From: Segetibacter sp.
GTDB lineage: Bacteria > Bacteroidota > Bacteroidia > Chitinophagales > Chitinophagaceae
Reading direction: 5' to 3'
DNA: 64,000 nt
Assembly (NCBI GenBank): GCA_028288505.1
Contig: JAQBNN010000224.1
Coordinates: forward strand, 7,778-71,777
Positions 55,595 through 64,000 of this stretch are shown here, piece after piece (position 1 is the first letter of the stretch; every line of letters begins with the position of its first letter). Both the position numbers and the translations under genes were made by a program. A model generated the notes under the pieces. It worked only from the letters and a program-made list of their open reading frames with translations, did not search any database and was not told where the DNA came from.

Positions 55595-56182
55595 TTAATC
55601 CTGCATTTTCTGAAGTTCCTGCACTACCCGACTGATAGGCAAGCCCATTACATTATAAAAATCTCCTTTAATGCTTTTTATACCGATAACGCCTATCCAT
55701 TCTTGAATGGCGTACGCACCGGCTTTGTCGTAGGGCTTATACTTGTCAACGTAGAACTCTATCTGGTCGTCGTTTAACTCATGAAATTCCACTTCGGTAA
55801 TCTCGCTAAAGCAGTTTTCGCTGGTGTCTGTAAGTATTACAACGCCAGTAATAACACGATGAGATTTACCGGAAAGACTTTTTAAAATGCTTATAGCGTC
55901 GGCCCTGTTTTCGGGTTTATTAATAATAGTACCGGCGAGAACTACAACGGTATCCGCAGCAAGAATAGTGTTGTTGCTAAACTCACTATGAAAAGCTTTA
56001 TCGAGATGTTTATTTACTTCTGCAGCTTTCTGCCTTGCAATGTATACGGGCACCTCCTCAATAGGTAGTTCTGCTGGCCAGGTTTCCTCAATGCTTTTAA
56101 TAACAACCTGGAAGGAAATTTCTGCCCATTCAAGCAGTTGCCTTCTACGTGGAGATTGAGATGCAAGTATAATATTGTTCAT
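55595..56182 (-). CDS. maf: Maf family nucleotide pyrophosphatase
   Basis: ILASQSPRRRQLL, ADTVV, DKAGAYAIQ, NVMGLP. Confidence 0.92.
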   Translation of the reverse strand: MNNIILASQSPRRRQLLEWAEISFQVVIKSIEETWPAELPIEEVPVYIARQKAAEVNKHLDKAFHSEFSNNTILAADTVVVLAGTIINKPENRADAISILKSLSGKSHRVITGVVILTDTSENCFSEITEVEFHELNDDQIEFYVDKYKPYDKAGAYAIQEWIGVIGIKSIKGDFYNVMGLPISRVVQELQKMQD

Positions 56183-56221
56183 ATATTAAAACGTATGGCA
56201 GTAGTCTTTCAAAAATGATTC

Positions 56222-57163
56222 CTATAAATAAATACGGAAAAAGATCATAGACAAGATTCCTGTAAACATGGTGAGTTTAATAAGCGTACTTAGTTTGTGG
56301 TATTCTTTACTTGTACCTGCTTGATAAAGTTTCTTAAAAATATAAAGGAGTGGGATAATGATGAAGAGGATGCAGTAAGCAGCGCTCCACCACCACTTAA
56401 ACTGGAGCACATAAAACTGTACAATGCTTAGTGCGGCTGTTAAAACCACCAACCATACTGCTACAAATACTTTGGTGGCGTTTATTCCCCAGGCTATTGG
56501 CATGGTGAAGCAACCGTACTTCCGGTCGCCTTCAATATCTTCCGCATCTTTTACAACTTCGCGTATTAGTGATATTACAAAAGCAAAACCTGCATATAAA
56601 AAAGTAATACGGGTAATTTTTTGGGTATATAAATTTCTAAGGGTAGAATGATTGATAAGGTTAGAAGATTCGCAATAGGTAACAACAAGAATTACCCAAG
56701 CCGTTAGCAACGATATAACTACATTGCCTGAAAGCAACCTCTTTTTTAAGGAAATGGAATAAAGAAACAAGAGAAGAACGCACCCTATATTAGCGAAACC
56801 TAAAAACCTTACGTTGGTTTTCCAATCAATATAGAAGCCGAGGACGATACCGAGGAAACTTAGAAACAGGTGCCAGAAGATAACCCACCGCCGGCTGATA
56901 ATCTTGTCTACTACCAGTTTTGTTGGCTTATTAACAAGGTCAATGTTAAGGTCGAAATAATCGTTGATGATGTAGCCGGCAGCAGCAATAAATACAGAGG
57001 AGGCTACAAGCAGTATGAAATATATTCCATAAGTATTTGGAAGAACACCAGCATCACGAAAGATCGGGTGTACAATACTGTACACAAAAAGCAACTGGGT
57101 GATGGCTATAAAAACCAGGTTGGGCCACCTAACCAGTCGAAAAAATGCCGGCAGTAGTTTCAA
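56222..57163 (-). CDS. UbiA prenyltransferase family (DGGGP synthase-like)
   Basis: GYIINDYFDLNIDLVNKP, REVVKDAEDIEGD Asp-rich motifs, multiple TM segments. Confidence 0.88.
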   Translation of the reverse strand: MKLLPAFFRLVRWPNLVFIAITQLLFVYSIVHPIFRDAGVLPNTYGIYFILLVASSVFIAAAGYIINDYFDLNIDLVNKPTKLVVDKIISRRWVIFWHLFLSFLGIVLGFYIDWKTNVRFLGFANIGCVLLLFLYSISLKKRLLSGNVVISLLTAWVILVVTYCESSNLINHSTLRNLYTQKITRITFLYAGFAFVISLIREVVKDAEDIEGDRKYGCFTMPIAWGINATKVFVAVWLVVLTAALSIVQFYVLQFKWWWSAAYCILFIIIPLLYIFKKLYQAGTSKEYHKLSTLIKLTMFTGILSMIFFRIYL

Positions 57164-57207
57164 GTAATTATTTTAATGGAAGTTATTAAATAAACCTTAT
57201 GCCACTG

Positions 57208-57729
57208 TTATGCAGAGGGGATGTGTGTATCCTCGTTCCAGTCTCCTCGTAGCTTCAATACTTTTTCAATTACATCTCTTCCACAACCAAAACCGCCATT
57301 TTTTGGTGATATATATTTAGCGATCTCTTTTATTTCTTCCACAGCGTCAGCAGGGCAGCAGGCTAGTCCAACCTTTTGCATTACTTCCAAGTCAGGAATG
57401 TCATCACCGATATACAAAGTCTCTTGCCAGGATAAGCCTTTGGTGGATAAATATTTGCTCAGTACGCTCACCTTATCTTTCACTCCCATATATACTGCAG
57501 AAACTCCCAGGCGGCTTAACCTTGTTTCTACATCTTCAGATATTCCGCCCGAAATAATCACCAAGTTATATCCTTTCTTAACGGCCAGTTGCAACGCATA
57601 GCCATCCTTTACGTTCATGGTCCTGGCCATTACGCCGCCGGGAAGCACGATAAGCGTGCCGTTAGTAAGAACGCCGTCCACGTCAAAAACCAACGTTGTG
57701 ATGTTTTTAAATTGCTCAAGAAGATTCAT
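57208..57729 (-). CDS. KdsC-like HAD phosphatase
   Basis: FDVDGVLTNG, DGYALQLA, YIGDDIPD, GGFGCGRDVIEKV. Confidence 0.85.
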   Translation of the reverse strand: MNLLEQFKNITTLVFDVDGVLTNGTLIVLPGGVMARTMNVKDGYALQLAVKKGYNLVIISGGISEDVETRLSRLGVSAVYMGVKDKVSVLSKYLSTKGLSWQETLYIGDDIPDLEVMQKVGLACCPADAVEEIKEIAKYISPKNGGFGCGRDVIEKVLKLRGDWNEDTHIPSA

Positions 57730-57739
57730 ATGAGTAAAC

Positions 57740-57979
57740 TTATTTCTGGCCATCACGCCATTCGTACACCCACGAACTTTGTATCATTTCAAGGTGTCCT
57801 TCGTTGCTTTCTTCACGTGTACCCACAAAGCCCGGAATTTGCAGCACCCTTTCAAGAAGGTCGGTAAAACGAATTCTATAAATTTTCCCTTCATTAAAGT
57901 CGTCGCCGTACTTCTCATACAGTTTCAAAGCGATGTCTTCGTAATCATTCCAATGAATAGGTGGTTCGTATTGAGCCAT
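57740..57979 (-). CDS. iscX: Fe-S cluster assembly protein IscX
   Basis: W.DYEDIA.KLY, IRFTDL, HLE.IQ..W..E. Confidence 0.88.
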   Translation of the reverse strand: MAQYEPPIHWNDYEDIALKLYEKYGDDFNEGKIYRIRFTDLLERVLQIPGFVGTREESNEGHLEMIQSSWVYEWRDGQK

Positions 57980-58006
57980 TGTAAAAAAGTTTGAAAGTTA
58001 GTGTTC

Positions 58007-58342
58007 TTATTCTCCTAAAAATTGTGTCTGATCGGGCAAAGTAACTTCTATTTCTCCACCTTCATCAAGCAGAACACATTGGCAACCCAAGCGAGAATTA
58101 AGTCGCGGATTAATCGCCCGATCTATAAAATCTTCTTCCTTATCCGTTAATTCCTCTACCAGGTCTTCACCCTTTTCAATATATAAATGACAAGTACTAC
58201 ACGCACAAACACCTCCACAATTATGATGAAGCTCAATATTATTTTTCAGTGCCACTTCAAGAATGCTCTGGTCAGGCTCTATATTATTAAGGGTAATAGG
58301 TGCAAGCCCTTTTTGTTCAAACTTAAACTTGATCGTATACAT
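58007..58342 (-). CDS. fdx: [2Fe-2S] ferredoxin, ISC/adrenodoxin type
   Basis: CGGVCACSTCH...SRLGCQ. Confidence 0.92.
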   Translation of the reverse strand: MYTIKFKFEQKGLAPITLNNIEPDQSILEVALKNNIELHHNCGGVCACSTCHLYIEKGEDLVEELTDKEEDFIDRAINPRLNSRLGCQCVLLDEGGEIEVTLPDQTQFLGE

Positions 58343-58458
58343 GATGCCACAATTTTGCTGCAAAAGTATCGATTAACAACCTTAAAACTCAAGAGAGATA
58401 GAACTATGAATTAAAAGAGCCTTTTTTTAGCGCCGAAACTTTGAAATTGTAAGTAAGA

Positions 58459-58514
58459 ATTATTCTACCAGCAGAAAGTTTACATAGCATCATTGTTGTG
58501 TCACTCACTTATAC
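58459..58514 (-). repeat. Element copy 30 (B)
   Basis: Reverse complement reads GTATAAGTGAGTGACACAACAATGATGCTATGTAAACTTTCTGCTGGTAGAAT. Confidence 0.9.
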
Positions 58515-58551
58515 TGTTTTTTAGGTAGCAGCAATAAAAGCACTAGTATTC

Positions 58552-59316
58552 TTAAATAAGAGGATCATTTAATATACTATTCGTCAGCGTGTTATACAGA
58601 AATTTCAGTTTGGGGTGCTGTTCTAGAATCTTTAGGTGTTTTTCTATTGTCAGGACATCCTTTCGCACGGCCGGTCCGGTTTGCAAGGCTGATGGGCGGG
58701 CTCCTTTCATTCTTACTATTGTTTCTTCAATTATTGGGTATAACGTATTGAAGTTTAAGTGTTCTAGCTCACAAAACTCCACGGATTTTGCATAAAGGTA
58801 GTTGGTAAAATTGTTTGCGAAAACTGCAGCAATATGTGTTTTTAATCTATCCTCATCGTTTGCAACAGTAACAGAATCAGCCCAATCAGAAGCGAACTGC
58901 TGCAGTGTTTCAATAGTCTGAGGACTGTCGCCATCAATTAGAACAGGTATGGCCGGAAGCCGCTGCTGCTCCTTCTTTAACGACTGTAAGGGGTATAAAA
59001 CGCCATACATTCTACCGGACTGGGCCAGCACATCTTTGGTAATAGCCCCGGCAGTATGTACAACTACTCCTTTTTCGACCCGCAAATTTTCACAAATAGT
59101 AGAGATTAACTCATCGGGTACGGAAACTATTGCAATTTCAGCTTCTGTGCTGATTTCTAGTATGTTACAAGATGTTGATGCTTTTAAAAGATGAGCTAAA
59201 GAAGATGCTTTTTCCTGGCTGCGCCCTATAACCTGGAGAATGTCGTGACCAGCTAATTTGATTTTCCTCCCTAAAACCGTCGCCACATTTCCGGTTCCTA
59301 TAATAACAACTTTCAT
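58552..59316 (-). CDS. Rossmann-like + DUF2520 protein
   Basis: IIGTGNVA, VVHTAG, LYPLQS, HIAAVFANNF, QTGPAVR.D. Confidence 0.88.
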   Translation of the reverse strand: MKVVIIGTGNVATVLGRKIKLAGHDILQVIGRSQEKASSLAHLLKASTSCNILEISTEAEIAIVSVPDELISTICENLRVEKGVVVHTAGAITKDVLAQSGRMYGVLYPLQSLKKEQQRLPAIPVLIDGDSPQTIETLQQFASDWADSVTVANDEDRLKTHIAAVFANNFTNYLYAKSVEFCELEHLNFNTLYPIIEETIVRMKGARPSALQTGPAVRKDVLTIEKHLKILEQHPKLKFLYNTLTNSILNDPLI

Positions 59317-59341
59317 TTACTTTTGAATTAAGATTAGATTG

Positions 59342-60247
59342 ATGAAATTAGCACAAAGAGTTGTTTTAAGTTATTACTACAATAAATTAAAAATCATAGC
59401 ATTAGTATCCCCACGAGCCGCCGCTTTGCAAGCCTTCAAATTATTTTGCACTCCCTACAGCAGGCGAAAGGCCCAGAAAGCTCCTCCAATTTTTGAAAAG
59501 GCGACAACCGTGGTTTTTGATTTTGCGGGCTTTAAGATTAAGGGCTTTCAATGGAAAACAGAAGATCTAAGTAAGCATAAAGTGCTGATTGTTCATGGGT
59601 TCGATAGCCAATCCTACAAATTTGATCGATATGTTTCTCTTTTAATTAATGAAGGTTTTGAAGTTTTAGCTTTTGATGCTCCTGCTCACGGACTTAGTTC
59701 TGGCAAAACTATAACTGTTGATGTGTACCGCGATCTTATAATGGAAATACACCATCGCTTTGGAAAACTTTCGGGAATAATGGCGCACTCATTAGGGGCA
59801 TTGGCTGCATCGTTAGCAGCAGATAAAATGAAAGGTGAATTGTGTAACAAGTTGATCCTCATATCGCCTTCTACAGAAACCACTCATGCTATTAATGTTT
59901 TTTTCAATTACCTGCCGCTTCCTCAAAAGGTTAGAGATGGGTTTGAAAAAATAATTTTGGAGAAAGGAGGGCATCCTTCAAACTGGTATTCGGTTGCCAG
60001 GGCTGTTCAAAATTTTACTACTCCTACCCTTTGGATACATGACAGCGGAGATACCGTTACACCTTTCTCAGATATGTCATTTTTGATTGATAAGAATTTA
60101 CCTCATCTACAATTTCTGGTTACAGAAGGGCTAGGACATAGCCCTTATAAAGACGAGGAGGTCGCAAGAATAATCATCAGATCGTTTACCGAACTTGCTG
60201 AACCTGCGGTAAAGAGTTCAATTTCTACTTCAAATATTTCCTTATAA
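59342..60247 (+). CDS. Alpha/beta hydrolase
   Basis: VHGF, FDAPAHG.S, AHSLG nucleophile elbow, HDSGD, GLGH. Confidence 0.88.
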   Translation: MKLAQRVVLSYYYNKLKIIALVSPRAAALQAFKLFCTPYSRRKAQKAPPIFEKATTVVFDFAGFKIKGFQWKTEDLSKHKVLIVHGFDSQSYKFDRYVSLLINEGFEVLAFDAPAHGLSSGKTITVDVYRDLIMEIHHRFGKLSGIMAHSLGALAASLAADKMKGELCNKLILISPSTETTHAINVFFNYLPLPQKVRDGFEKIILEKGGHPSNWYSVARAVQNFTTPTLWIHDSGDTVTPFSDMSFLIDKNLPHLQFLVTEGLGHSPYKDEEVARIIIRSFTELAEPAVKSSISTSNISL

Positions 60248-60445
60248 AAAGTTTCGTTTTGATTAATGGGATGCTTCAGGGTGCTAACAGATACCCTTGT
60301 GTGAAGGAATAATCTCGACACCTGTAGAAGCTGAAAAATTTTGCTATTTGCTGTTATGCTGTAATATTGCAGCAGTTCATTCTACATTTTTAAAAGCCGG
60401 GGTATCGTATAAACACATCGTCGTTTGCCGAATGTTGGGCAAAAA

Positions 60446-60505
60446 GTACAAGAGTGCGACGCAAGAGAAGCTACATCGTAGCAATGTTGATCGGCTCAAT
60501 AAAAT
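60446..60505 (+). repeat. Element copy 31 (A)
   Basis: GTACAAGAGTGCGACGCAAGAGAAG...GATCGGCTCAATAAAAT. Confidence 0.88.
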
Positions 60506-60618
60506 ACCTAAAACTTTGTTGAGTACATATATAATATAGTGTAGTATTGAATTGTTAGAAATTTACTGTTACCTTGAACCTGACCGGACCTAGAACCGGC
60601 TAAACCCATAGATCCAGG

Positions 60619-63189
60619 ATGAGTAAGAATTTATTAATAGTTGAGTCTCCGGCAAAAGCCCGAACGATAGAAAAAATACTTGGCAGCGACTTCGAGGTAA
60701 AGAGCTGTTACGGCCACATTCGAGATCTTGAGAAAGACGACATGGGGATCGACTTGAACAACCACTACAAACCACGATATAAGGTTCCTGACGAAAAACA
60801 AAAGGTTGTAAAGGAACTGAAACAGCTCGCAAAAAAAGCCAAAGAGGTTTGGCTGGCCTCCGATGAGGACCGCGAGGGAGAAAGCATTAGCTGGCACCTT
60901 GCGGAAGAATTAGGCCTTGACCCAAAAGTGACCAAGCGCATTGTTTTCCACGAAATAACAGCACCGGCTATTAAAAAAGCGGTACAGAATCCACGTACTA
61001 TAAATATGGACCTGGTGAATGCTCAACAGGCCCGCCGAGTACTCGACAGGCTCGTTGGCTTTGAACTTAGCCCGGTTTTGTGGAGAAAGATTGGAATGCA
61101 GGGAGGACTTAGCGCCGGCAGGGTACAAAGTGTTGCAGTGAGGCTGATTGTGGAGAGGGAAAGAGAGATCAACAACTTTAAGGCGGAAAGCAATTACAGG
61201 ATTGAAGCATTTTTTATTGCAAAAGATATAAATGGCAGGCCGGTAACATTTAAAGCTGAAAGCCCAACGAGGATCACAGTTCAGGAATCAGCACAGCAAT
61301 TTTTAGAAAGTTGTAGAGGGGCTGATTATACTGTGGTAGATATTACGGTAAAACCAGCTAAGCGATCACCCGCTGCACCTTTTACAACATCAACACTACA
61401 GCAGGAAGCAAGTCGTAAATTGGGTTATGGTGTTAGCAAAACAATGTTGCTTGCCCAAAAGCTATACGAAAGCGGTAAGATCACTTATATGCGTACGGAT
61501 AGCATTAACCTGAGCGAAACGGCTATGGACGGTATTACAAAAGAAATCCGCGCTAGCTACGGCGAAAAATACCTTCAGCCAAGAAAGTACAAGAACAAGA
61601 ACGAAAATGCGCAGGAAGCCCACGAGGCTATCCGTCCAACTTACATGGATAAGCATACGGACACTGACGAGGAAGTGCGCCGTTTATACGAACTGATCTG
61701 GAAGCGTACCATCGCTTCACAGATGAGTGATGCAGAATTTGAGAAGACGACAGCTAAGATCAATATTTCTACCAACAAAGAAAACCTTAATGCACTGGGC
61801 GAGGTTTTGAAGTTTGATGGCTTCTTAAAAGTATATAACGAAGGCAAGGATGAAGAAGAGGATGAAGACGGAGAAGATGTACTTCCACCTTTGGCGGTAA
61901 ATCAGAAACTGGAGTTTAAGGAAATGAGGGCTTCTGAAAGATTCACGAGACCAGCTCCTAGATACACCGAAGCATCGCTGGTTAAGAAATTAGAAGAACT
62001 CGGCATTGGACGGCCGTCGACTTATGCGCCTACGATTACTACAATTATAAAGCGTAATTATGTAGAGAAGCGCGACAAGGAAGGCGTAAAACGTAACCTG
62101 AACGTGCTCCGCTTAAAAAATGACAATAACCTTGAGAAAACGATTGTAACTGAAAATACAGGTGCTGAGAAATCTAAACTATTTCCTACAGATCTGGGAA
62201 TGGTGGTGACTGACTTTTTAAAATTGCATTTTCAAAAGGTGATGGATTATGGCTTTACCGCAAAGATTGAAGAAGAGTTTGATGAAATCGCCGGTGGTAA
62301 GATGAAATGGGACACCATGATCGACTCCTTTTACAAACCTTTCCATAGCAATATTGAACTTACCCTTGAAACTGCAGAAAGAGCCAAAGGTGAAAGGGAA
62401 TTAGGGATGGATCCGGTAACTGGCAAGAAGGTTATTGCACGGATGGGCCGTTATGGTCCAATGGTGCAGATAGGGCATGCGGAGGAAGAAGAAAAGCCAC
62501 GATTTGCCAAATTAAAGCCAACACAAAGCATCGAAACAATCTCTTTCGACGAGGCAATGGACCTTTTTAAAATGCCTTTAACTTTGGGTGAATACGAGGG
62601 AAAAGAAGTAGCTGTAAACATGGGCCGCTTCGGCCCTTACGTACGCTGGGGTGAAGACTTTGTTTCCTTGCCACGAGGTGAAGACCCTATGACGGTTGAC
62701 ATGGAAAGAGCGATAGCCTTAATTAACGAAAAGCAAACGGCCGATGCACCCATTGCTGTGGTTGAAGATAAGCCGGTAACAAAAGGCAAAGGAAGATTTG
62801 GCCCGTTTATAAAATGGAACGAACTATTTATAAATGTGCCTCGTGCTTACAATTATGACACGCTTACTCAAAAAGAGTGTGAAGAGCTGATTGAAAAGAA
62901 AGTTCATAAAGAAGCCAACAGGTTTATACAACAATGGCCAAGCGAAAAGATAGCAATTGAAAATGGTCGCTGGGGCCCATTTATCCGCTTCGGAAAAAAG
63001 ATGTTGAAATTATTAAACAAAGGAGAAAAGCAAAAGTATACACCAGAAGAACTTGCACAAATTCCTTTAGATGAAGTAAAAAAAATGATAGAGACACAGG
63101 AACCTGGTGCATTTGCAAAAAAAACACCAGCAAAAAAAGCAGCAGCAAAGAAAGCAGCAGCAAAGAAAGTAAAAAAGCAAGTTAGTTAA
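60619..63189 (+). CDS. topA: DNA topoisomerase I with a Lys/Ala-rich C-terminal tail
   Basis: LIVESPAKA, ASDEDREGE, SAGRVQS, ITYMRTDS, GIGRPSTYA. Confidence 0.97.
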   Translation: MSKNLLIVESPAKARTIEKILGSDFEVKSCYGHIRDLEKDDMGIDLNNHYKPRYKVPDEKQKVVKELKQLAKKAKEVWLASDEDREGESISWHLAEELGLDPKVTKRIVFHEITAPAIKKAVQNPRTINMDLVNAQQARRVLDRLVGFELSPVLWRKIGMQGGLSAGRVQSVAVRLIVEREREINNFKAESNYRIEAFFIAKDINGRPVTFKAESPTRITVQESAQQFLESCRGADYTVVDITVKPAKRSPAAPFTTSTLQQEASRKLGYGVSKTMLLAQKLYESGKITYMRTDSINLSETAMDGITKEIRASYGEKYLQPRKYKNKNENAQEAHEAIRPTYMDKHTDTDEEVRRLYELIWKRTIASQMSDAEFEKTTAKINISTNKENLNALGEVLKFDGFLKVYNEGKDEEEDEDGEDVLPPLAVNQKLEFKEMRASERFTRPAPRYTEASLVKKLEELGIGRPSTYAPTITTIIKRNYVEKRDKEGVKRNLNVLRLKNDNNLEKTIVTENTGAEKSKLFPTDLGMVVTDFLKLHFQKVMDYGFTAKIEEEFDEIAGGKMKWDTMIDSFYKPFHSNIELTLETAERAKGERELGMDPVTGKKVIARMGRYGPMVQIGHAEEEEKPRFAKLKPTQSIETISFDEAMDLFKMPLTLGEYEGKEVAVNMGRFGPYVRWGEDFVSLPRGEDPMTVDMERAIALINEKQTADAPIAVVEDKPVTKGKGRFGPFIKWNELFINVPRAYNYDTLTQKECEELIEKKVHKEANRFIQQWPSEKIAIENGRWGPFIRFGKKMLKLLNKGEKQKYTPEELAQIPLDEVKKMIETQEPGAFAKKTPAKKAAAKKAAAKKVKKQVS

Positions 63190-63209
63190 TCTAAAAAGAT
63201 AGCGTTTAT

Positions 63210-63243
63210 AAAAAGACCTGTTGTAATTACATCAGGTCTTTTT
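63210..63243 (+). terminator. topA intrinsic terminator
   Basis: AAAAAGACCTG...CAGGTCTTTTT. Confidence 0.8.
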
Positions 63244-63269
63244 ATTTATTCTCACTTTATAAATTAGTC

Positions 63270-63327
63270 ATTTTTCCAACCATAGTGCACACTACTATTA
63301 AGCTTTAGTTGCGTCGCACTCGTGTAC
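63270..63327 (-). repeat. Element copy 32 (A)
   Basis: Reverse complement reads GTACACGAGTGCGACGCAACTAAAGCTTAATAGTAG...TGGTTGGAAAAAT. Confidence 0.88.
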
Positions 63328-63454
63328 TTTTTGTTCTCCATTCATCAGAGTGATAACTGGTTGTCGGGCTTGTAAACTTCAATTATGCTTTTCTCTTCTT
63401 GGTTTTCATTTTACATTGTGCCTTTTGCATATGCCCGCTCACTCCTGATTAACT

Positions 63455-63512
63455 GTACAAGAGTGCAACGTAACATGCGCTAATAGTAGCAAAAATAATC
63501 GCTAAACAAAAT
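63455..63512 (+). repeat. Element copy 33 (diverged A)
   Basis: GTACAAGAGTGCAACGTAACATGCGCTAATAGTAGC...CGCTAAACAAAAT. Confidence 0.78.
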
Positions 63513-63689
63513 CTCAGAAAAGGCACAATTTTTATTCGAACAATATAAGGGCTTTTAGAAAATGCGGCTAGTACTTTATTAAAAAGTAATTAACAATACT
63601 GGATAAGTTGTAGTATGACCTTACCTAAAAAATTACGTAGTTTGAAGAGTGATGTTATAAGAATGGAGAATGGACTAAAACTTTGACGT

Positions 63690-64000
63690 ATGCAGGAGAC
63701 AAGAGAAATATCAGCACTGTTTAACCTGATTGACGACCCCGACGAGGAAGTGTTTGATACCGTAAGCAACAGGATTGTAGATTTTGGCAGGGGTATTATT
63801 CCAAACCTAGAAAACCTTTGGGAAAACTCCCCTACTGAAGATGTGCAGGAAAGAATTGAGATGCTGATACACAAACTGCACTACAACGACCTGACCAGAG
63901 ACTTTATTGATTGGAAAAGCAACCCATACCACGATCTGCTATTTGGGTCGCTGCTGGTTGCTAAGTTCCAGTACCCCGAACTGATGACCGCCCCCGTACT
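63690..64000 (+). CDS. Transglutaminase-like (SirB1-type) protein, 5' part (runs off the window end)
   Basis: Hand translation gives MQETREISALFNLIDDPDEEVF...LENLWE...ERIEMLIH...LLVAKFQYP, resembling a Bacteroidota N-terminus I recall for this family; not in the ORF track. Confidence 0.6.
   Translation, partial: MQETREISALFNLIDDPDEEVFDTVSNRIVDFGRGIIPNLENLWENSPTEDVQERIEMLIHKLHYNDLTRDFIDWKSNPYHDLLFGSLLVAKFQYPELMTAPV

Noticed and set aside
12266-60539. ORF-track entries spanning the elements (12266-12454, 12441-12677, 53904-54092, 60297-60539)
   Set aside because: Their shared peptides (CHSL, YKSATQ, VASHSCT) are translations of the repeat in different frames and strands with no consistent start, so they are probably spurious.
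1005-63512. Element copies as a CRISPR array
   Set aside because: They are dispersed on both strands at irregular, kb-scale spacing, not tandem repeat-spacer units, and there are no cas genes in the window.
190-63874. Numerous short antisense or overlapping ORFs in the track (for example 190-531, 8926-9258, 28014-28491, 31484-31876, 53353-53871, 63590-63874)
   Set aside because: They are shadows of well-supported genes on the opposite strand or in another frame, with no recognisable motifs.
1-64000. tRNA, rRNA, IS transposase, integrase or prophage genes
   Set aside because: None were recognised by eye. tRNAscan-SE, Infernal and ISEScan runs would be needed to exclude them formally.

Overview
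About 64 kb of AT-rich bacterial chromosome, most likely Bacteroidota and Chitinophagaceae-like (inferred from gene content). It holds about 55 CDS. These include dnaK, argS, topA, lipA, rluF, ppa, fdx-iscX, a glycogen/maltodextrin block (malQ, glgB, a GH13, MFS transporters, glgC, glgA, a ROK kinase), a CHASE3 hybrid kinase-cheR-cheB-RR/HK signalling operon, an ECF sigma factor and two Uma2 nucleases (one a pseudogene). I saw no rRNA, tRNA, CRISPR array, transposase or integrase. The main structure the ORF track does not explain is a dispersed intergenic element, of which I counted 33 copies by eye (about one per 2 kb). It has a weak upstream box GCTGAATAAAG, a core GTACAAG-(AGTGCGACGC or TGAGTGACAC)-AACGATG containing a covarying palindrome, a variable spacer of about 20 nt, and a 3' box TGCYGGNWMCAAAAAT. 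Copies mostly alternate in orientation, form inverted doublets, bracket both Uma2 genes in the same layout, and often end at a convergent stop codon or terminator. Repeat coordinates are hand-read (about +/-3 nt). All family calls come from recognising motifs, not from database searches.
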